Positions 34,120 to 34,578 of a stretch of DNA of 34,578 bases are shown piece by piece. The stretch covers positions 2,253,412-2,287,989 of the forward strand of contig NMRA01000005.1 in NCBI GenBank assembly GCA_002633005.1, given 5' to 3'. The position numbers were made by a program, and so were the translations under genes. Under the pieces are notes generated by a model. That model did not search any database, was not told the origin of the DNA, and saw only the letters and a program-made list of their open reading frames with translations. The first letter of the stretch is position 1. Every line of letters starts with the position of its first letter. The DNA is from Phoronis australis (Eukaryota; Animalia; Phoronida).

Positions 34120-34578
34120 TGGCGCTTTTTGTTGCCCATCTTATCAGATATTACCTATTATACGTTATTTACCTGTATTCATTATATTGTAATTGTATTA
34201 GTCATAATAAATGACCTTATATCGCCTACCTCGGTCTCCTTTTCATCTCTGGTAACGAGCTTGCGACGCACGTATCATTTATCTGTATTCGGGACATATG
34301 TCGTTCATAAATGGTATTTCACTCGTTAAATATATTTATGTGAGCATATGGACTCGTTTTTCTCCTTTTCCCCCTCATCTCGGTTTATTCCATTATTCCT
34401 TTGTGTAGGACTACACGTCGTTTTCCCAGCCTTCGCAGTGGTCTGCTGTTATCACGTGCCTCGAGTTTGGTCAGCTCTTAGCTCTTATAGGCTGACGATT
34501 GTCACGTGTCTTTAGGGGCATTTTTCTTTGTTATTGTAACCTCTCTTTCAGTTCACCTTGTTCCGGCCACATTGTCGT
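34120..34578 (+). repeat. Diverged relative of the YR element terminal repeat region
   Basis: GGCG..TTTTGT..GCCCATCTT, GTCATAATAAATGAC (34201-34215), CCTC..TTTT..CTCTG and ATAAAT..GTTAAAT..ATTTAT occur in the same order as in 6757-6920. Confidence 0.45.

Overview
AT-rich eukaryotic (animal-like, probably invertebrate) draft-scaffold DNA with a 909-nt N gap (23488-24396) and a single N at 27390. I find no intact host gene. Most of the window is nested, decayed mobile DNA. (1) A 9.7-kb TTAA-flanked TIR element (1581-11290, Kolobok-like) holds remnants of two convergent intron-containing genes joined at an apparent internal deletion. Its introns carry a Harbinger-type MITE and the 3' part of a tyrosine-recombinase (DIRS/Ngaro-type) retroelement. 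(2) There are four copies of a 1.3-1.7-kb TTAA-specific non-autonomous family with a THAP remnant; one splits an Academ-like transposase frame. (3) An ISL2EU-like TIR element (22248-25797) has its empty site elsewhere in the window and carries a P-like element and a HIRAN-like remnant. (4) hAT transposase fragments, a YqaJ exonuclease remnant, ~300-bp tandem arrays, a second split-repeat family and a ~1.6-kb duplication (possibly a haplotype artefact) make up much of the rest. Family assignments rest on TIR/TSD signatures and protein motifs recognised by eye; no database search was run.
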